From: Pseudolabrys sp.
GTDB lineage: Bacteria > Pseudomonadota > Alphaproteobacteria > Rhizobiales > Xanthobacteraceae
Direction: 5' to 3'
Length of the DNA stretch: 64,000 bases
Assembly: GCA_017849615.1 (NCBI GenBank)
Contig: JAFIGS010000014.1
Span: 147,740 to 211,739, forward strand
Each line of letters starts with the position of its first letter. Position 1 is the first letter of the stretch. Under the pieces are notes generated by a model. That model was given only the letters and a program-made list of their open reading frames with translations. It made no database searches and was not told where the DNA came from. The translations under genes were made by a program, and so were the position numbers. Positions 61,640 through 64,000 of this stretch are shown piece after piece.

Positions 61640-62845
61640 TTAGTTCGCCGATGCCGGGCGCAGCTTGGCGACTTCGGCATCGCCGGGCAGAACGGAAGCG
61701 CCATCGACATACTTGATGTCGTCCATCGTGCCCTTGCCCTTCTCAAGCGCGATCTTGCCGACATAGGCGCCCATCGTCGCCTGATGATCGCTGGCGCGAT
61801 ACATGAACGGCCCGAACGGGCTGTCGACCTTCAGATCCTTGAAGGCTTCGACCAGCGAGTCGGCATCGAGCCCCTTGGTCTTGGCAAGGCCCGCGGCGAT
61901 CGACTTGACGGTGCTGTAGCCGACGATCGAACCGAGACGCGGATAGTCGTTGAACTTCTTCTGGTAGGCCGACAGGAAGGCGTCGTGTTCCGGCGTCTTG
62001 ATCTTGTCCCACGGATAGCCGGTGACGATCCAGCCGACGGGAGCCTCGGCGCCGAGCGGATCGAGATATTCCGGCTCGCCCGACAGGAGGCTGACCACGG
62101 TGCGATCCTTGAACACGCCGCGGGTATTGCCCTCGCGCACGAATTTGGCGAGGTCAGGTCTGCAGAGCACGTCGAAGCTGGCCTCCGGCTTGGCGTCATC
62201 GACCGCCTGCGCCACGGCGCCGGCATCGACCTTGCCGAGCGGCGGCGCCTGCTCGGTGACGAACTCGACGTCCGGCTGCACCTTCTTCAGCATGGCCTTG
62301 AAGTTTTCGGCGGCCGACTGGCCGTATTCGAAGTTCGGATAGACCAACGCCCAGCGCTTCTTCTTGGCCGCGATCGCCGCCGGCATCAGCATCGCGGTCT
62401 GCATGTAGGTGGTCGCGCGCAGGCGGTAGGTATACTTGTTGCCGCTCTCCCAGGTGATCTTGTCGGTGAGCGGCTCGGCGGCGAGGAAGAACACCTTCTT
62501 CTGGCCGGCGAAGTTCGTCACCGCGAGACCGATATGCGACAGGAAGGTGCCGGCGATCATCGCCACGCCTTCGCGCGTCACCAGCTCTTCGGCGACACGA
62601 ACCGCCTCGCCCGGATTGCCGCCGTCGTCACGGATGATCAGCTCGATCTTCTTGCCGTTGATGCCCTTGGCGTTCACCTCTTCGAGCGCCAGCTCCATGC
62701 CCTTCTTGTAAGGGTCGAGGAAGGCGGGCTGCGACTTGTAACTGTTCAGTTCACCGATCTTGATCGTGTCCTGGGCCGCGGCCGGAAAACTCAGTCCGGC
62801 GGCGAGGACGAAGGCGAGCGACGTCAGATACTGCTTGGCTTTCAT
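61640..62845 (-). CDS. HAAT ABC transporter periplasmic substrate-binding protein (second system), ligand unknown
   Basis: 401-aa ORF. Signal peptide MKAKQYLTSLAFVLAAGLSFPAAAQ. IKIGELNSYKSQPAFLDPYKKGMELALEEVN is typical of a type I binding protein. Confidence 0.85.
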   Translation of the reverse strand: MKAKQYLTSLAFVLAAGLSFPAAAQDTIKIGELNSYKSQPAFLDPYKKGMELALEEVNAKGINGKKIELIIRDDGGNPGEAVRVAEELVTREGVAMIAGTFLSHIGLAVTNFAGQKKVFFLAAEPLTDKITWESGNKYTYRLRATTYMQTAMLMPAAIAAKKKRWALVYPNFEYGQSAAENFKAMLKKVQPDVEFVTEQAPPLGKVDAGAVAQAVDDAKPEASFDVLCRPDLAKFVREGNTRGVFKDRTVVSLLSGEPEYLDPLGAEAPVGWIVTGYPWDKIKTPEHDAFLSAYQKKFNDYPRLGSIVGYSTVKSIAAGLAKTKGLDADSLVEAFKDLKVDSPFGPFMYRASDHQATMGAYVGKIALEKGKGTMDDIKYVDGASVLPGDAEVAKLRPASAN

Positions 62846-62913
62846 CGTGCGACTCCATGCGTGGCGGCATCTGGGATCAGGCGCCGCAAGTTCGACAATT
62901 CGTGCGTCTCAGC

Positions 62914-62944
62914 CGGACTATTTTTCAATGTTCCAAATAGTCCG
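62914..62944. promoter_or_regulatory. perfect 10-bp inverted repeat, candidate operator upstream of the second Liv-type operon
   Basis: CGGACTATTT-ttcaatgttcc-AAATAGTCCG is read directly from the sequence. It lies 69-99 nt upstream of the start at 62845 and 66 nt downstream of the SDR stop. It is AT-rich compared with its surroundings. Confidence 0.4.
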
Positions 62945-63009
62945 ACTGCCTTTCCACCCTGTCAAGCAAACGTCCCGGCATGAATGCAGATTGAGCCCTT
63001 ATCGGCCGC

Positions 63010-63828
63010 CTAACCGCGCGGCTTGTCGCGGAAGCGATCCATCAGCGGCTTGTCCTGGCCGCCGTCAATTTCGATCATGGTGCCGTTGACCATGTGCATC
63101 AGCGGCGACGCCAGCATGACGACCAGGTTGGCAACCTCCTCGACCTCGGCGATACGGCCGAGCGGGATGGAGGCCGGCGCCAGCTTGTCGGCTTCCTCGC
63201 GCGAGATCTTCATGTCACGCGACATGGCATCGACCAGGCCTGCCCAGCGCTCGGTGCGCACCGGGCCCGGATTGACCGCAACGAAGGAGATATTCTCCTT
63301 GCCGTACTGGCCGGCGAGCGAGAGGGTGAGATTCTGCCCTGCGGCGTTGGCCGCGCCCGGGCAGATTTCCCAGTAGGACGGCTTCACGCCGTCATTGCCG
63401 ATGAGGTTGACGACGCGGCCGCCGCCCTGCGCGCGCATGATCGGCAGCACGTAGCGCAGGCAGCGCACATAACCCATGAACTTGAGCTGCAGGCCCTTTT
63501 CCCAGTCGTCCTCGGTCAGATGCTCGATGACGCCGCCGGCGGCGGAGCCGGCATTGTTGACCATGATATCGACGCGGCCGAGCGCCTTGGCGCCTTCGGT
63601 CACGAATTTCTTGGCATCCGCATCGGAGCGCAGATCCGCCGTGATCGGCACGATCTTGCGGCCGGTCGCCTTGGCGATCTCGTCGGCCGCGGCCTTGAGC
63701 GGCTCCATGCGGCGGGCGCAGATGGCGACATCGACGCCTTCCTTGGCCAGCGCCAGCGCAATGCCCTTGCCGATGCCTTCCGAACCGCCGGTCACCAGCG
63801 CGGTCTTGCCTTTCAGATTAAGATCCAT
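63010..63828 (-). CDS. short-chain dehydrogenase/reductase-fold protein with non-canonical active-site positions
   Basis: 272-aa ORF. The cofactor motif is TALVTGGSEGIGKGIA, followed by NNAG. The region aligning with S...YxxxK of FabG reads IGNDG...CPGAANAAG (see finding). Confidence 0.8.
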   Translation of the reverse strand: MDLNLKGKTALVTGGSEGIGKGIALALAKEGVDVAICARRMEPLKAAADEIAKATGRKIVPITADLRSDADAKKFVTEGAKALGRVDIMVNNAGSAAGGVIEHLTEDDWEKGLQLKFMGYVRCLRYVLPIMRAQGGGRVVNLIGNDGVKPSYWEICPGAANAAGQNLTLSLAGQYGKENISFVAVNPGPVRTERWAGLVDAMSRDMKISREEADKLAPASIPLGRIAEVEEVANLVVMLASPLMHMVNGTMIEIDGGQDKPLMDRFRDKPRG

Positions 63829-63870
63829 CCTGACTCTCCGTTGACGAGATTCTTCACGGTCGTTTGCGAA

Positions 63871-64000
63871 TTACGGGGCGCGGTGCGACATCCACTTGCC
63901 GGCTTCGGTATTGGCGATCAGGTCGGCAAGCGCAGCGTTGAAAGCCGCCGGCTCCTCGCTGGTGATGGTGTGACCGGAGCGCGGGATCACGACCAGGCCG
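63871..64000 (-). CDS. alpha/beta hydrolase, C-terminal fragment (gene enters from the right edge)
   Basis: Hand translation of the minus strand gives ..GLVVIPRSGHTITSEEPAAFNAALADLIANTEAGKWMSHRAP*, with the stop at 63871-63873. IPxxGH followed by E.P is the usual catalytic-His region of alpha/beta hydrolases. Confidence 0.6.
   Translation of the reverse strand, partial: GLVVIPRSGHTITSEEPAAFNAALADLIANTEAGKWMSHRAP

Overview
This is a high-GC chromosomal segment, well above 60 % GC by eye. It looks like core genome of an alphaproteobacterium of the Hyphomicrobiales/Bradyrhizobiaceae type. That placement is an inference from gene content, a perfect CtrA-type box and several short palindromic intergenic repeat families. 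I count about 60 protein genes and one tRNA-Leu(CAA). I see no rRNA, CRISPR, transposase, integrase, phage or recognisable defence genes.

Gene content from left to right:
- cytochrome b561 fragment, dsbB, tRNA-Leu, and two small secreted Tyr/Arg/Gly-rich proteins flanking an oxidoreductase, a YqaA/DedA protein and hisE
- putA with divergent putR
- a NitT/TauT-type ABC importer, a LysR regulator and a thiolase
- a D-Ala-D-Ala carboxypeptidase overlapping a His-rich COG0523 GTPase
- fadD and a DUF924 protein
- an AfuA-type ABC importer followed by a DapA-family gene, then a lone Wzx-like flippase
- an acyl-CoA synthetase, a CAP-domain lipoprotein, a PAS-MCP, an L,D-transpeptidase and an FAD monooxygenase
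- an ECF sigma / small TM protein / CpxP-CnrX-like trio in front of OMF-mdtA-mdtB-mdtC
- a Liv-type ABC operon, two small oxidoreductase/hydratase genes, a xanthine-dehydrogenase-family cluster in the order M-L-S-L' and an amidohydrolase
- a second Liv-type ABC operon ending in marR, then an atypical SDR and an alpha/beta hydrolase fragment

Most of the window is ordinary transport and catabolism. I did not find a convincing defence-island-like or mobile novel system. The most system-like or unusual items are:
1. A CnrH/Y/X-style ECF module wired to a multidrug-type MdtABC pump. Its periplasmic 'sensor' has no His or Cys.
2. The M-L-S-L' molybdoenzyme cluster inside a transporter/MarR/amidohydrolase/hydrolase island. 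This recalls N-heteroaromatic acid (nic/pic-like) catabolism.
3. Several nested-palindromic REP/MITE-like repeat families. They sit exactly at cistron boundaries, donate C-terminal codons and a Shine-Dalgarno sequence, and bracket the small Fe-S subunit gene.
4. Two secreted Tyr/Arg/Gly(His)-rich low-complexity proteins.

All functional calls come from reading the translations and motifs by eye. No database search, HMM or folding program was run.
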